A DNA stretch of 64,000 bases, taken from a virus. The stretch covers positions 1-64,000 of IMG/VR virus record IMGVR_UViG_3300025133_009669; one strand, written 5' to 3'. Below the pieces are notes generated by a model that was not told the DNA's origin, searched no databases, and was given only the letters and a program-made list of their open reading frames with translations. Position numbers and translations under genes: made by a program. Positions 1 to 10,528 of this stretch are shown piece after piece. The stretch's first letter is position 1, and the number at the start of each line of letters is the position of its first letter.

Positions 1-816
1 AGTCTCGGCAGGCCTATAAGCAAAAATGTCTCATATATAGACCAATCTGTTCTAAATCGGAAGAAAGTGGATCTAATTATCGTCAGGAGCGTTGTTGATA
101 AAAAAAGGTATAGCTCCTTAAGGTCTGCATTTCCACAAAATAGACCTCCCGGAATTGCTGTAATTCAAACTCCAAACCCTTTTCCCGTTCCTAAATGGGT
201 AAGGTGTATGGTTTGGAACTCCGAATTTTCAATGAAAAAGTATAAAGGCTTATTTTCCGGAATAAAGCACTTCTATATTCCTCATGGCTTTGATCCGAAT
301 GAGTTTGACTATCTAAATCTTCCAAGGAAGAAGGAAATGCTAGCTGCAGTAAGTGTTTTCAAGAAAAGAGGAAAGGATCTTGGGTTTAAGGAGTGGAGGT
401 GGACCTCTGTTAAGCTCGGAGGCTCTGCCTTGCTTGGACATGGCAATGAAGATCTGAAGGAATCAATCGGATCTTTCTCTCTCGAAAGACTTGTGAAAGA
501 ATTTAACTCTTATTCTGTATTTTTAAATACAACGATTAAAAGTGCAATGCCAAGAACTCGTGGCGAAGCAATGATGTGCGGAACTCCATTGGTTAGCACA
601 GAGAACTATGGAATAGGCAAGTATTTGAAGCATAATAAGAATTGCATGATTGCTAATACAAAAGAAGATATGTATAAATATTGCAGGAGAATTATTCAAT
701 CTCCCGCAATGCAGGAAGACCTTGGGGCTGCAGCCAGAGAGACTGCGCAGAAATATTTTCATATTGATACCTATCTGGAAAGGTGGGATAAAGTGTTTTT
801 GGAGGCTATGAAGTGA
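1..816 (+). CDS. Glycosyltransferase, GT4-like (5' end outside window)
   Basis: Frame is open from base 1; C-terminal GT-B motif region (YIPHGFD...EAMMCGTPLVS...AARETAQKYF). Confidence 0.75.
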   Translation, partial: SLGRPISKNVSYIDQSVLNRKKVDLIIVRSVVDKKRYSSLRSAFPQNRPPGIAVIQTPNPFPVPKWVRCMVWNSEFSMKKYKGLFSGIKHFYIPHGFDPNEFDYLNLPRKKEMLAAVSVFKKRGKDLGFKEWRWTSVKLGGSALLGHGNEDLKESIGSFSLERLVKEFNSYSVFLNTTIKSAMPRTRGEAMMCGTPLVSTENYGIGKYLKHNKNCMIANTKEDMYKYCRRIIQSPAMQEDLGAAARETAQKYFHIDTYLERWDKVFLEAMK

Positions 817-1523
817 AGCGCGGAATGGTCACTATTTGCATAGGGACAGTTGGGAGTCCTACATTTTCAAAGTGCAAAAGAATTATATATAAACATTTTG
901 AGTCTCATCCACGCGTAGACAAAATTATAATTATAAAGAATAAGCAACCTCAGTCTGCTTGGCTAAACGAAATGAGGAAAGCCTGTTCTGATACAGAATG
1001 GTGTCTTCAGGTTGATGAAGATATGTATTTAAATAAAGAGTCTTTAGATGAGCTAGTAAGCTTATATCAAAAAGAAAGCAGAAAGGGTGTTAAGATCTTG
1101 AATGCGTCATCCCTTCTCTATGATATATTTTTAGAAACCAAGATAGGCTCTCTGAAGCTATGGAGCTCCAAGGCCTTGCAGAAGATGGAGTTCAGAGATG
1201 TGCTTGGAGGAGACAGAGATTTCGCAAAAAGAGCCTTTAAAAAGGGGTACTCAAACGTAGAAACTCACTTAGTACTTGGAAAGCATGATTCCGCTCCTAC
1301 TCCAGCTATAGCTTTTTCGAAATATTACGAATATATTCAGAAGATACGAAAATTCTCCGGTGATCATGGAGCAGAAGGATTTCTGAGCTTTCTGAAGGAA
1401 AAATATGAAAAAGATAAAACAAATTATATAAATAAAAAAGCATTTGATGGTGCAAGAAAGGGGATTAAAGACAATATAGCAAACATCAGCAAAAGACCTG
1501 TATTTTGCGAAAAAAATAGCTAG
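813..1523 (+). CDS. Putative GT-A fold glycosyltransferase
   Basis: DxD-like motif QVDEDM after a hydrophobic strand; glycan cluster context; GTGA overlap with upstream stop. Confidence 0.55.
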   Translation: MKRGMVTICIGTVGSPTFSKCKRIIYKHFESHPRVDKIIIIKNKQPQSAWLNEMRKACSDTEWCLQVDEDMYLNKESLDELVSLYQKESRKGVKILNASSLLYDIFLETKIGSLKLWSSKALQKMEFRDVLGGDRDFAKRAFKKGYSNVETHLVLGKHDSAPTPAIAFSKYYEYIQKIRKFSGDHGAEGFLSFLKEKYEKDKTNYINKKAFDGARKGIKDNIANISKRPVFCEKNS

Positions 1524-1536
1524 TTGAATTTAAAAA

Positions 1537-2472
1537 ATGACATATAGAATTGGAGTGTTTTCGAGATATAAACAAAAAAGGGATCCCTATCAAGGGTATC
1601 ATGGCTCTCCATGCAAAATTTTCAAGATAATCAATGAGCTAAACTCTTTCTTTGATTTTAAATGCTACTACAATGATTATAGCGAACCTTATGATTTTGC
1701 AATTGTTGACAGAATTACTCCAAGGAGAAGAATTAAATCAAATTATATCTTAGGAATCTTTGAGGCAACGCCAGGAGGAAAGTGGGCTACCGATTACTGC
1801 TCTATCTCTCCTTCGTCTAGAAAGGTTAGAGACGGACAGTTTTTTTTGTTAAATTATTGTCATGGAAAAAAAATAACTCTTAATACTTTGAGTAAAAATA
1901 GATCAAATGGCGTTTATCTAGGCAGACTGGATAGCCCAGCAGAGCTTAAGATAAAGGCCTTAAACAGAGAGAGGTTATCGTTAGATATTTTTCCAATAAA
2001 GTATTGGGATGGGAAAAGGGTTCTTCGATTTCACAGACCTCATCCTGAGGCTAAGCGCAATATTGCTTTTTTGAAAAAAAAAATTCCCAAATCAAACATT
2101 CTTTATCCCGTTAGGCATGACAAATTGTGCGACTCTTTGAACAAAGGAGGTTATGCATATGGATTTGTTCCGTCAATATATAGTCTGCAGTCAAAAAGGT
2201 CGCAAATTGAGAGTTCATCGAAATTCTTTGAATATATTGGCGCCGGCATACCAGTCTTGATAGAGAAGAGTGTTCCTGAGGCAAGCATAGTTAGAAAGGC
2301 CCCTTTTCTTGGAGAAATTTTCAGCGGAGAGGCAGATATGATAAGAAAGGCAAGAAAGCTTTCTTCTAATAAATATTCGTATTTAAATATTTTAAAGTTT
2401 TCACAGCGAGAGCACTTCCCAGACTCTCGTGCATTACTTCTTTATAATGAATTTATAAAGGATAGGCTATGA
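1537..2472 (+). CDS. Putative GT-B fold glycosyltransferase
   Basis: SSKFFEYIGAGIPVL resembles the GT4 C-terminal K-x-x-E-Y-x-A-x-G-x-P-V motif. Confidence 0.55.
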   Translation: MTYRIGVFSRYKQKRDPYQGYHGSPCKIFKIINELNSFFDFKCYYNDYSEPYDFAIVDRITPRRRIKSNYILGIFEATPGGKWATDYCSISPSSRKVRDGQFFLLNYCHGKKITLNTLSKNRSNGVYLGRLDSPAELKIKALNRERLSLDIFPIKYWDGKRVLRFHRPHPEAKRNIAFLKKKIPKSNILYPVRHDKLCDSLNKGGYAYGFVPSIYSLQSKRSQIESSSKFFEYIGAGIPVLIEKSVPEASIVRKAPFLGEIFSGEADMIRKARKLSSNKYSYLNILKFSQREHFPDSRALLLYNEFIKDRL

Positions 2473-3296
2473 GGAAAATAGCATTTTCATCTATAAAGGA
2501 TCGTAAGGGGACCTACTCCGGAAAGGTATCTGTCATAATAACCAACTATAAAAAAGAGCCTTATTTGAAGAAGGCAGTCTTGTCATGCTTAGCGCAGACA
2601 TACAAAGATATAGAAATAATTGTTGTAGATGACTGCTCCAACAAGCCCTTAGTTGCAAATATTCTTCGAGAAATAAATAGCGATAAAATAAGGCTGTTAT
2701 ATACTACCAGAAACTATGGGCATTATGCATGTTGCAATTACGCAATAGATCAGGCTAATGGAGATTTTGTTACATTTTTAGGCGGAGATGATATAATTAC
2801 ACGCGATCATATTGCAGGCCTGCTTCTCTCTTTAGAGAAGTATTCTTTGAAGGCTGTCTGCTCAACATACGCTAGATACTCTGCGGATGGAAAAATAGTA
2901 GGAAACAAAGGCAGATTGTGTGAAGCCTCTATTCTTTTTAAAAAAAATAGAGTGATTAAAGATGTTGGCCACTTTCACATGGTAAGATGCGCCGCAGATA
3001 CTGAATATAGAGAACGCATAATTAGGTTTTATGGAAGCAGTCAGGTTGGATTATTATGCAGAGATTCTTATCAGGCCCTGTATTCCGAGGGGTCTTTGAC
3101 AACAAGCCGTAAAACTAAAAGAGGATCGCCAAGTCGAGCAGGATATGTCCAGGCGTTTATGCGCCGCATTAAAGGCTCAAGAAGTAGGGGAGACTTATAT
3201 TTTAATTACAAAAGAGATAAAATGAACTTTCCATTGAAAGCAGAAATAAAAGTAGCCTTCTTTGACAGAAGAACCTTTGGGGAAGTTTTGTTATAG
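2469..3296 (+). CDS. Glycosyltransferase family 2
   Basis: VSVIITNYK...LAQTYKDIEIIVVDDCS...GDFVTFLGGDD. Confidence 0.85.
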   Translation: MRKIAFSSIKDRKGTYSGKVSVIITNYKKEPYLKKAVLSCLAQTYKDIEIIVVDDCSNKPLVANILREINSDKIRLLYTTRNYGHYACCNYAIDQANGDFVTFLGGDDIITRDHIAGLLLSLEKYSLKAVCSTYARYSADGKIVGNKGRLCEASILFKKNRVIKDVGHFHMVRCAADTEYRERIIRFYGSSQVGLLCRDSYQALYSEGSLTTSRKTKRGSPSRAGYVQAFMRRIKGSRSRGDLYFNYKRDKMNFPLKAEIKVAFFDRRTFGEVLL

Positions 3297-3306
3297 ACAT
3301 TTTGAA

Positions 3307-4308
3307 ATGAACTATGAAATAAAGAAAAGAGCCAGTTATATAAAAGAAGATGGAAAATATTCCTGTATATTAGCGTCTTTCCCTCTGAAGACTCCATATG
3401 TTTTGTCATTTAAAACGATAAAGGCTTTTGATACAATTTATGTATTAAAAGAGCACGATGGTATTATCGGGATAGGAGAAGTTACTGCTCTTCCAGGCTA
3501 TTCTGAAGATACTATAGAGAAACTATGGGCCATCCAACAGGGTCTTTTGAGCAAAAGTGAGCCAATCTCGCTTCAGAGCTTGAGCGGTGGATTTAAGACA
3601 GTTGCACTAGAAACCTGCAGAGAGTCATTCGACAGAAGGCTTCTTTATCAGAAACGAGATATAATAGCCAAGTCTGCGCACCTATTAGATCCGCCAATAG
3701 GGATTGATCTTGACGTAATAAAGTTTAAAATTGGGAAGAATTTAACTGCAGACATAGAAAAGATTCGTAATGCTCAAAGTTATAACTATAAGTTTAGAGC
3801 AGATGCAAATCAAGGATATTCTTATTCAGAGGCCAGAGAGATATTGGCAGAAGTATCTGGAGAAAGAGCAGAGTATATCGAGCAACCAATAAGATCAGAG
3901 AATTGGAATGAAATGATAGCTTTGGCGCATGAATATAAAGATATTAGATTTTTGCTTGATGAGTCAGTCTGCTCTATAGCTGACATAGACAGAGTTATTT
4001 CGACCAAGATCATTGATGCTATTAAGCTTAAACTCTTCAAGTGCGGATCTATTAAAAATACACTTGAAATGGCAGAATATGCGCTCAATAGAGGGCTTGA
4101 GGTTGTTCTGGGCAATGGGGTTCAGACTATAGTTGGAGCATATTACGAGTTATTATGTTATAGTGAGCTTCTTGCCTATACTAATTTTAATAAATATTCT
4201 GAGATTAACGGACCTTATAAAGTAAGCGGATTTGCAGATATGAATAAAAATATAATAAATATTCACTCTGAGCAACTTAGGTCCTTTGCCGAAAGTATAA
4301 TTGTTTAA
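3307..4308 (+). CDS. Enolase superfamily enzyme (muconate cycloisomerase / dipeptide epimerase-like)
   Basis: KxK motif (KFKIG), metal ligands in RADANQG, YIEQP and LDES, and IKLKLFKCG; ATG at 3307 preferred over TTG at 3262. Confidence 0.75.
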   Translation: MNYEIKKRASYIKEDGKYSCILASFPLKTPYVLSFKTIKAFDTIYVLKEHDGIIGIGEVTALPGYSEDTIEKLWAIQQGLLSKSEPISLQSLSGGFKTVALETCRESFDRRLLYQKRDIIAKSAHLLDPPIGIDLDVIKFKIGKNLTADIEKIRNAQSYNYKFRADANQGYSYSEAREILAEVSGERAEYIEQPIRSENWNEMIALAHEYKDIRFLLDESVCSIADIDRVISTKIIDAIKLKLFKCGSIKNTLEMAEYALNRGLEVVLGNGVQTIVGAYYELLCYSELLAYTNFNKYSEINGPYKVSGFADMNKNIINIHSEQLRSFAESIIV

Positions 4309-4320
4309 CGGAGCATTGAA

Positions 4321-5778
4321 ATGAGTGAGAAGCCAAACGTTTTAGTTATTTGCGCTAGCATAAGATCTTCTGGAAAGAAAGGATCTGAAATAATCAGTTT
4401 AGTAAGCAAAGAGGAGTCTGCAGCGAAAGTCCTCGAGGCTTATAGAGCTCTAGATAAGCGGGCTCTATCTAAATATTGTAACTCAGAAATTATGTCTGGA
4501 ATAGCAATGGCTGCCGCCAAAAGTGCAGGGGCTGATGTAGATTACTTCTCCCTAAGAAGACTGTTTAAGGTTGACGATGCTTTAAGGATTCCAAAGGATA
4601 AATCTGTAGGACTTGATGACGAGATGTTCTATATAGATACCACTAGTATAAAAAAGGATGTTTTGAGCAATCTTATCAAGAAGGTTGAGCGGGCAGATTC
4701 TATTATCTTAGCATCACCCGTATACTTTGGAGACAGATCTTCTATCGCAGATCATTTCCTAAAGCTTTTACATGATCGGGATTTGATTAAAGGTAAAGCT
4801 TTTTCCACAATAAGTATCGGAGCAAAAAGAAATGGAGGCCAGGAAACTGCAAATGTTTATGCCCTATATGATGCGATATCTATGGGAGGATTAGGGCTTG
4901 GTAATGGGCCAAAAACCTCTCAGTATGGAGGAACTTGCGTCGGCGGCGATCGCGGAGATATTCTTGATGATGATTACGGAATAGAAACAACTATAGGCAC
5001 AGGCCGTCGCAGCGCTCAAGTTGCAAATATATTAAGGCTATCAAGGGGGCTTTCTGACGTGAAGGCTCCATTGGCAAAGATTGGTGTTATCATTATGGCA
5101 GATAACGCAAATAAAGATATACAGAAAAAGACAGAAGATGCCCTATCTAGACTTGAATCATCCTCTGTAAAATTTGAAATAGTAAACCTTATTGATCACA
5201 AGGTTGAAAAATGCTTAGGATGTAATATTTGCCCATACCCTCCTATGGTTAATATCGGCTCCAAAGGAAAAACTTCACTCGGAAAGACTGATTATTCTTG
5301 CATAATTGACAATGGAAGAGACTCTGTTGAAGTAGTTAGAGAGAGCTTAAAGGAGATGAAGGGGCTTATTGTAGTTGGAGTTAGTGACGACAAAGTCGAT
5401 AACCTAGTAGATCAGTATCAGTCTTTTACAGAAAGAACAAGATTTATAAGAAGAAACAATTTTGAATGGATGAATACAGTATTTACATCACTTGTGTTTA
5501 AAGAGGTTGGCTCTTCGCGGGATAATCTGTTTGGACTACGATCTACAACCTCCTACCTTAGGCATAATACTATGGCAACTTCCCCAAGTACTATTTTGGC
5601 ACTAAATGGGGCAGAGATTAGCTTTCCAATGGACAGTCTTAATGAATTTTTAAAAACAGTATCTTCTTTATCCCGGGCCAGAGAGCTTACCGACCCTGTT
5701 GACATAAGCTACGTAGCAGGAGGAACCGGAGGCTATACAGATACGAGGCTTGATCACACGACCTCTCGTAGGAAATAA
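4321..5778 (+). CDS. Two-domain flavodoxin / iron-sulfur flavoprotein (NADPH-dependent FMN reductase-like)
   Basis: ILASPVYFG and GAKRNGGQE motifs; second domain has CLGCNIC. Confidence 0.7.
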   Translation: MSEKPNVLVICASIRSSGKKGSEIISLVSKEESAAKVLEAYRALDKRALSKYCNSEIMSGIAMAAAKSAGADVDYFSLRRLFKVDDALRIPKDKSVGLDDEMFYIDTTSIKKDVLSNLIKKVERADSIILASPVYFGDRSSIADHFLKLLHDRDLIKGKAFSTISIGAKRNGGQETANVYALYDAISMGGLGLGNGPKTSQYGGTCVGGDRGDILDDDYGIETTIGTGRRSAQVANILRLSRGLSDVKAPLAKIGVIIMADNANKDIQKKTEDALSRLESSSVKFEIVNLIDHKVEKCLGCNICPYPPMVNIGSKGKTSLGKTDYSCIIDNGRDSVEVVRESLKEMKGLIVVGVSDDKVDNLVDQYQSFTERTRFIRRNNFEWMNTVFTSLVFKEVGSSRDNLFGLRSTTSYLRHNTMATSPSTILALNGAEISFPMDSLNEFLKTVSSLSRARELTDPVDISYVAGGTGGYTDTRLDHTTSRRK

Positions 5779-5779
5779 G

Positions 5780-6835
5780 ATGAGACCAATAAGAATTTTG
5801 GTGACATCGTCCGGATCGCCTGGAACAACTACATTGGTTCGAAAGCTAAGAGGAGTCTCAGAAAGAGAGGTATCTGTTGTTGCGGTAGACATGAATAATG
5901 AAGCAGGAGGGAGATTCTTAGCCGATGCCTTTTACCCTATCCCGCCAGCTTGTGATGAAAAGCTATACATTCAATCTATTATAGACATTTTGATAAAAGA
6001 AAAAATAGATGTTTTCTTTCCAGTATCTGACGCCGAAGTGCCAATTGTTGCTAGAAATAAAAAGTATATTTCTAGCAAAAGTGGTGCTAAAATCATAATA
6101 AATAATTATGAAGCGATTCTCTCCTCGGGCAATAAGCACACTTTGTACGAAACTTTAATTTCTCGAACAGATGTCCAGGTTCCTAGATATTACTTTCCGA
6201 GCAATCTAGATGAATTTATTTCCTGTGCAAAGTTACTGGGCTTTCCTGACAAAAAAGTTTGCTTCAAGCCTCCTGTGTCTAAGGGGTCTCGTGGATTTCG
6301 CATATTAATCGATTCAGTAAATAGGCGAGATTTGCTCCTAAACTATAAGCCCAATTCTCTATATATGTCCATGGAAGAGTTTGTATCTATTTTTAAAAAT
6401 GAAAAATTTCCAGATTTATTGATAATGGAATTTTTAGATGGGAAGCATTATGATGCGATGGTCCTTGGCAATGGGGAGAGGTCCTTGTTAACTACCATAA
6501 AAATAAGAGAAGATACTCGATGGGGAACCATAGTAAAGGGGGAGGTTGTTAGGAATCAATCTATTGCTAAAGCTTGCACCCAAATAGTGAAAGAATTTGG
6601 CCTTATATATAACAATAGTATTCAGTTTATTGAAGATAAAGTAATCGAGGTTAACCCGAGGACTTCAACGTATATTTATGACAAAGACTTTAACGAGCCA
6701 TACTTTTCTGTTAAAAAGATATTGGGAGAGTTGACTGATTCTGAAATAGAAAAAATGTCAGACGAGATTCCTTATGGGAAACGTATCTGTCGGTATATGG
6801 ATCAGGTTTCATTTTGGAATGATGATGTTCTTTGA
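5780..6835 (+). CDS. ATP-grasp ligase (CarB-like stand-alone family)
   Basis: KPPVSKGSRG, MEFLDGKHY and IEVNPR ATP-grasp motifs. Confidence 0.8.
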   Translation: MRPIRILVTSSGSPGTTTLVRKLRGVSEREVSVVAVDMNNEAGGRFLADAFYPIPPACDEKLYIQSIIDILIKEKIDVFFPVSDAEVPIVARNKKYISSKSGAKIIINNYEAILSSGNKHTLYETLISRTDVQVPRYYFPSNLDEFISCAKLLGFPDKKVCFKPPVSKGSRGFRILIDSVNRRDLLLNYKPNSLYMSMEEFVSIFKNEKFPDLLIMEFLDGKHYDAMVLGNGERSLLTTIKIREDTRWGTIVKGEVVRNQSIAKACTQIVKEFGLIYNNSIQFIEDKVIEVNPRTSTYIYDKDFNEPYFSVKKILGELTDSEIEKMSDEIPYGKRICRYMDQVSFWNDDVL

Positions 6836-7457
6836 GGGCAAAAAAATACTGATACTTTCTCCGCATACTGACGATGGAGAGATTGGAGCCGGAGGGTTTA
6901 TTTCTAAGTTTTCAAAATGCAACGAAGTGTTTCACGCTTCGTTCAGCTTTGCAAAAGACTCTATTCCAAGCTCATTTCCAGAGAACTCTACTGAGATGGA
7001 GTTCTCTCTTGCTGCAAATATTCTCAGTATTCCAAAGAAAAATAGAATAAACTTTGACTATAAAGTCAGAAGATTTTTGTCAAAAAGACAAGAAATATTA
7101 GACGATATTATTTATCTAAAGAAATTTATCAATCCAGACTTAGTGCTGACTCCTAGTAGCTCTGACACCCATCAGGATCATGAAGTCATCTATAAAGAAG
7201 GATTTCGAGCATTTAAGAACAGTACTGTTCTTGGATATGAGATGATGGCGAACAATAGAGGGTTTCTTCCGGGAGTTTTTGTGGAGCTAAGCGACGAAGC
7301 TTTCTCTGAAAAAATAGAAGCTATTTCTCAATATAAAAGTCAGTTATTCAAAATGCCTAATCTTATTTCTATAATTTCTGCAGGAGCAATATGCAGAGGC
7401 TCTCAAGTCAATCGACAATATGCAGAGGCTTTCGAGGCAATAAGATTAGTAATATAA
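6819..7457 (+). CDS. PIG-L/LmbE family de-N-acetylase
   Basis: SPHTDDGEIGAGG and DTHQDH zinc-binding motifs; YKSQ...AEAF C-terminus. Confidence 0.85.
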   Translation: MMMFFEGKKILILSPHTDDGEIGAGGFISKFSKCNEVFHASFSFAKDSIPSSFPENSTEMEFSLAANILSIPKKNRINFDYKVRRFLSKRQEILDDIIYLKKFINPDLVLTPSSSDTHQDHEVIYKEGFRAFKNSTVLGYEMMANNRGFLPGVFVELSDEAFSEKIEAISQYKSQLFKMPNLISIISAGAICRGSQVNRQYAEAFEAIRLVI

Positions 7458-7472
7458 TTAAAAAAGGAAATA

Positions 7473-8252
7473 ATGCGTTTTTTTAATAAAAATTCAAAAG
7501 TTGTTTGCGTTGTAGCCGTCCACAAGAGATTCGAGGTTAGCGTCGAGACAATAAGACTTCTAAACGCTCAAACCCATCAGATAGAAGTCGTTGTGGTCGG
7601 CGCAAAGCCGGAGAGATCTCTTATTGCAAAAAATGTAGACTGCCATTTTTTGCGATTCTCGAATGATAAATTAGGAAAAAAATGGCAGGCAGGCCTTAGC
7701 TTCGCAAGAAAGCTTTCTCCAGACGCAGTTATGATATGTGGCTCAGATTCATGGCTTACCCGAAATTGGGTCGAAAAAATGCTTCCCAACTTGAATAACG
7801 CCGATGTTGTTGGCAAAAATATATTTTATACTTGCAATGCCATTTATAATAGGCCATTAAGCATAATAAAAAGAACATATGCAAATAATAACAATTTACC
7901 TGCCGGAAGTGGAAGAATTATATCTGCAGATATCCTTAATAAGATCGATTGGAAAATGTTCCCTCCCGACAGAAATAAGGGGCTAGATACGGCTTGTTAT
8001 CAGACGATAACGGCGGCCAACGGTGTTTATTCTGTATTCAACGACGATGATGAGGCTAATATTCTTGGTATTAAGTCGCACTGGGATGTCATTACTAGCT
8101 ATAGCCGTCTAAAGACTTCTAAAAATTTAAGAGAATTAAAATTCAATGAAAAGTGTGAAAGCTGGATCGAAAGGAATTACCCAGGAGGTGTGAAGATAAT
8201 TAAAAATCTAAGTATCATATCTCATGACAGACTGCAACGAAATTCTGAATAA
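7473..8252 (+). CDS. Putative GT-A fold glycosyltransferase
   Basis: LGKKWQAG...ICGSDSWL resembles the GT2 N-x-G...DxD region; cluster context. Confidence 0.5.
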   Translation: MRFFNKNSKVVCVVAVHKRFEVSVETIRLLNAQTHQIEVVVVGAKPERSLIAKNVDCHFLRFSNDKLGKKWQAGLSFARKLSPDAVMICGSDSWLTRNWVEKMLPNLNNADVVGKNIFYTCNAIYNRPLSIIKRTYANNNNLPAGSGRIISADILNKIDWKMFPPDRNKGLDTACYQTITAANGVYSVFNDDDEANILGIKSHWDVITSYSRLKTSKNLRELKFNEKCESWIERNYPGGVKIIKNLSIISHDRLQRNSE

Positions 8253-8269
8253 TACAAGGAGAGCATAAG

Positions 8270-8890
8270 ATGACTGCCAGAGAGAGCAAGGATCGAGAGT
8301 ATTACGAAAATGTTATGACTTTTAGCAATCCTAAGTCAATTAATCGATATTACGAAGGAAGTTATGCCAAGCGAAATGACTTGCTGTTCAATCTGATGAA
8401 GGACTATCTTCCATCTAGCCTGCGAGTTATTGATATTGCCTCTGGGAGCTGTCAGATGGCCACAAATTTCATTGATCTTGATTCGTTAGACTCATATTGT
8501 TGGAATGATTTTAACAGAAATGTTATAAAAGATGTTGAGGTAAGGATTCAGGAAGGGTATCTTGGAAAAAATAGCAATTTATTATCTGTGCATGGATTTG
8601 ATGCAGAGGACTTGACTGCTTACAAGGATTTATTGGCCGCGTCTAATCTTATGATTGGAGTTAGCATGGAACATATTCAGCATGATGTAGAAATTATCTC
8701 GGAACTTAACAGCGGGACCTTGGTCGGGCTTTGCTCTCCAAACTTTGGAGGAAAATCCCACGTAAGAAGCTTTGACAGTATGGAGGATTTTATAAAAAGA
8801 TATAATTCGCTAATTTCAGTTAAAGATACATCTCGTGTAATTTTGAAGAATGGAAAGGAAAAATTCTTATTATTTGGAGAAAGACTCTAA
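8270..8890 (+). CDS. Putative class I SAM-dependent methyltransferase
   Basis: VIDIASGSC motif I; SMEHIQHD post-motif. Confidence 0.6.
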   Translation: MTARESKDREYYENVMTFSNPKSINRYYEGSYAKRNDLLFNLMKDYLPSSLRVIDIASGSCQMATNFIDLDSLDSYCWNDFNRNVIKDVEVRIQEGYLGKNSNLLSVHGFDAEDLTAYKDLLAASNLMIGVSMEHIQHDVEIISELNSGTLVGLCSPNFGGKSHVRSFDSMEDFIKRYNSLISVKDTSRVILKNGKEKFLLFGERL

Positions 8891-9471
8891 TGTCACTGGA
8901 CGCAAAAAGACTCAATCGACTTTACGAGCGAGGATGGTATGACTACCTGTGCTCAGATGAGTTCGAGGAGGTGTATCGACATATCTCTTCTCAGTTTATT
9001 TCACATAAGGCAAAAAATATTCTTGACATAGGCTGTTGGAATGGGATGTTCTACAGGGCATTGGATAGGATGGGCTATGATCACAACTATTTCGGATTTG
9101 ATTTATGCAGCAGTGCCATAAAGGATGCGAAAAAGTGGCATCAAAATGAAAGGGTGCGCTTTTCAACATATGACTGGAATGGAGAGCCCATTGAGGGCGA
9201 ATTTGACGCATTATATTTTGGCGGAGTGCTTTACTACATAGAAGACAAGCTTTCCTTTGTAAATAAATATATACAAAATTATAAACCCGATATCGTTATA
9301 ATTCAGGACCTTCAGCAAACTGACTTGTCATGTTTTGATGAGGAATATACTACAAAAACAAAAACATTCAATATTGATATAGCCGTAAATGAGGCAAGAA
9401 GAAAGCGACAGGTTAAGGTTTTTGAGACAAAGCTAGGTGGGCAAAACGAATATGAAAGTACCACTATTTGA
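8890..9471 (+). CDS. Class I SAM-dependent methyltransferase
   Basis: ILDIGCWNG, YFGFDLCSSAI, FDALYFGGVLYY. Confidence 0.8.
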   Translation: MSLDAKRLNRLYERGWYDYLCSDEFEEVYRHISSQFISHKAKNILDIGCWNGMFYRALDRMGYDHNYFGFDLCSSAIKDAKKWHQNERVRFSTYDWNGEPIEGEFDALYFGGVLYYIEDKLSFVNKYIQNYKPDIVIIQDLQQTDLSCFDEEYTTKTKTFNIDIAVNEARRKRQVKVFETKLGGQNEYESTTI

Positions 9472-10528
9472 TCTGAGCAGAGTTTTGAGCCCGTACAAGT
9501 TAGATTTGCTGAAGGCAGCAGAAGCGGTCATAAATAAATCTGATTTTATAATGGGAGATAGTGTTTCATTATTTGAGTTAAATTTTAAAAAAAATATTGG
9601 GTCAAAATATTGTGCTGGAGTATCTAGCGGTACAGATGCAATATTGTCAATATTTATGGCGCTTGACCTCCCTCCTGGGAGCGAAATAATCGTTCCGTCT
9701 TTTACATTTGTTGCCTCAGCGACTTCTATTTTGAGGGCTGGCTATAAGCCGATATTCGCAGACATAGGGAGGGAATCCTATCTTACAAATCTTGAAGAGA
9801 TTAAAAAAGTTTGGACTGAGCGAACACGAGGAGTTCTGTTCGTACACTTATTTGGAGAATATGCAGATTTATCTGATATCAAAAAGCATTGCGACACAAA
9901 TAATGCCTATTTAATTGAAGATTGTGCTCAATCTTTTGGATCAAGATCTGCACATCAAGGTCTAGCCTCTGCCTTTAGCTTTTTTCCTGCAAAAAACTTA
10001 GGGTGCCTTGGAGATGGAGGAGCGGTAACTACTGACGATAAAGATCTTTTTCAAAAAATAAAAGCAATCAGAACTCACGGAAGCATCATAAAGTATGAAT
10101 ATACGCTAATCGGCGGAAATTTTAGGTTAGATACAATGCAGGCTGCATTTTTAAATGTTCTCTTGGAAAATTCAGATGTATGGATAAGCAAAAGAAAAGA
10201 AAACGCAAACTATTACAACGAAAAACTAAAGGGGATTAAAGGCTTATCTTTGCCTCCTATTGCCAGTGACCACGCATGGAATCAGTATACAATAAAAACA
10301 GGAAATAGAAATGGACTGCTTAGATCTCTGCGATCTAAAAATATTGGAGCTGCCGTTTACTATCCGAGTCCAGTTCATAAATCTGTCATTTTCAACGATG
10401 AAAGAGAACTGCCAAATACAGCTCTTGCTTGCAAAGAAGTTCTCTCCATTCCAATTTATCCGGGTCTTCAAATAGATGAGAGGGCATATGTAGCTGATAG
10501 CATAATTGAGTTTTACAATGAAAAATAG
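9452..10528 (+). CDS. DegT/DnrJ/EryC1/StrS sugar aminotransferase (WbpE-like)
   Basis: SSGTDA, VHLFG, IEDCAQSFG, SFFPAKNLGCLGDGG (PLP lysine), NFRLDTMQAA. Confidence 0.9.
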   Translation: MKVPLFDLSRVLSPYKLDLLKAAEAVINKSDFIMGDSVSLFELNFKKNIGSKYCAGVSSGTDAILSIFMALDLPPGSEIIVPSFTFVASATSILRAGYKPIFADIGRESYLTNLEEIKKVWTERTRGVLFVHLFGEYADLSDIKKHCDTNNAYLIEDCAQSFGSRSAHQGLASAFSFFPAKNLGCLGDGGAVTTDDKDLFQKIKAIRTHGSIIKYEYTLIGGNFRLDTMQAAFLNVLLENSDVWISKRKENANYYNEKLKGIKGLSLPPIASDHAWNQYTIKTGNRNGLLRSLRSKNIGAAVYYPSPVHKSVIFNDERELPNTALACKEVLSIPIYPGLQIDERAYVADSIIEFYNEK

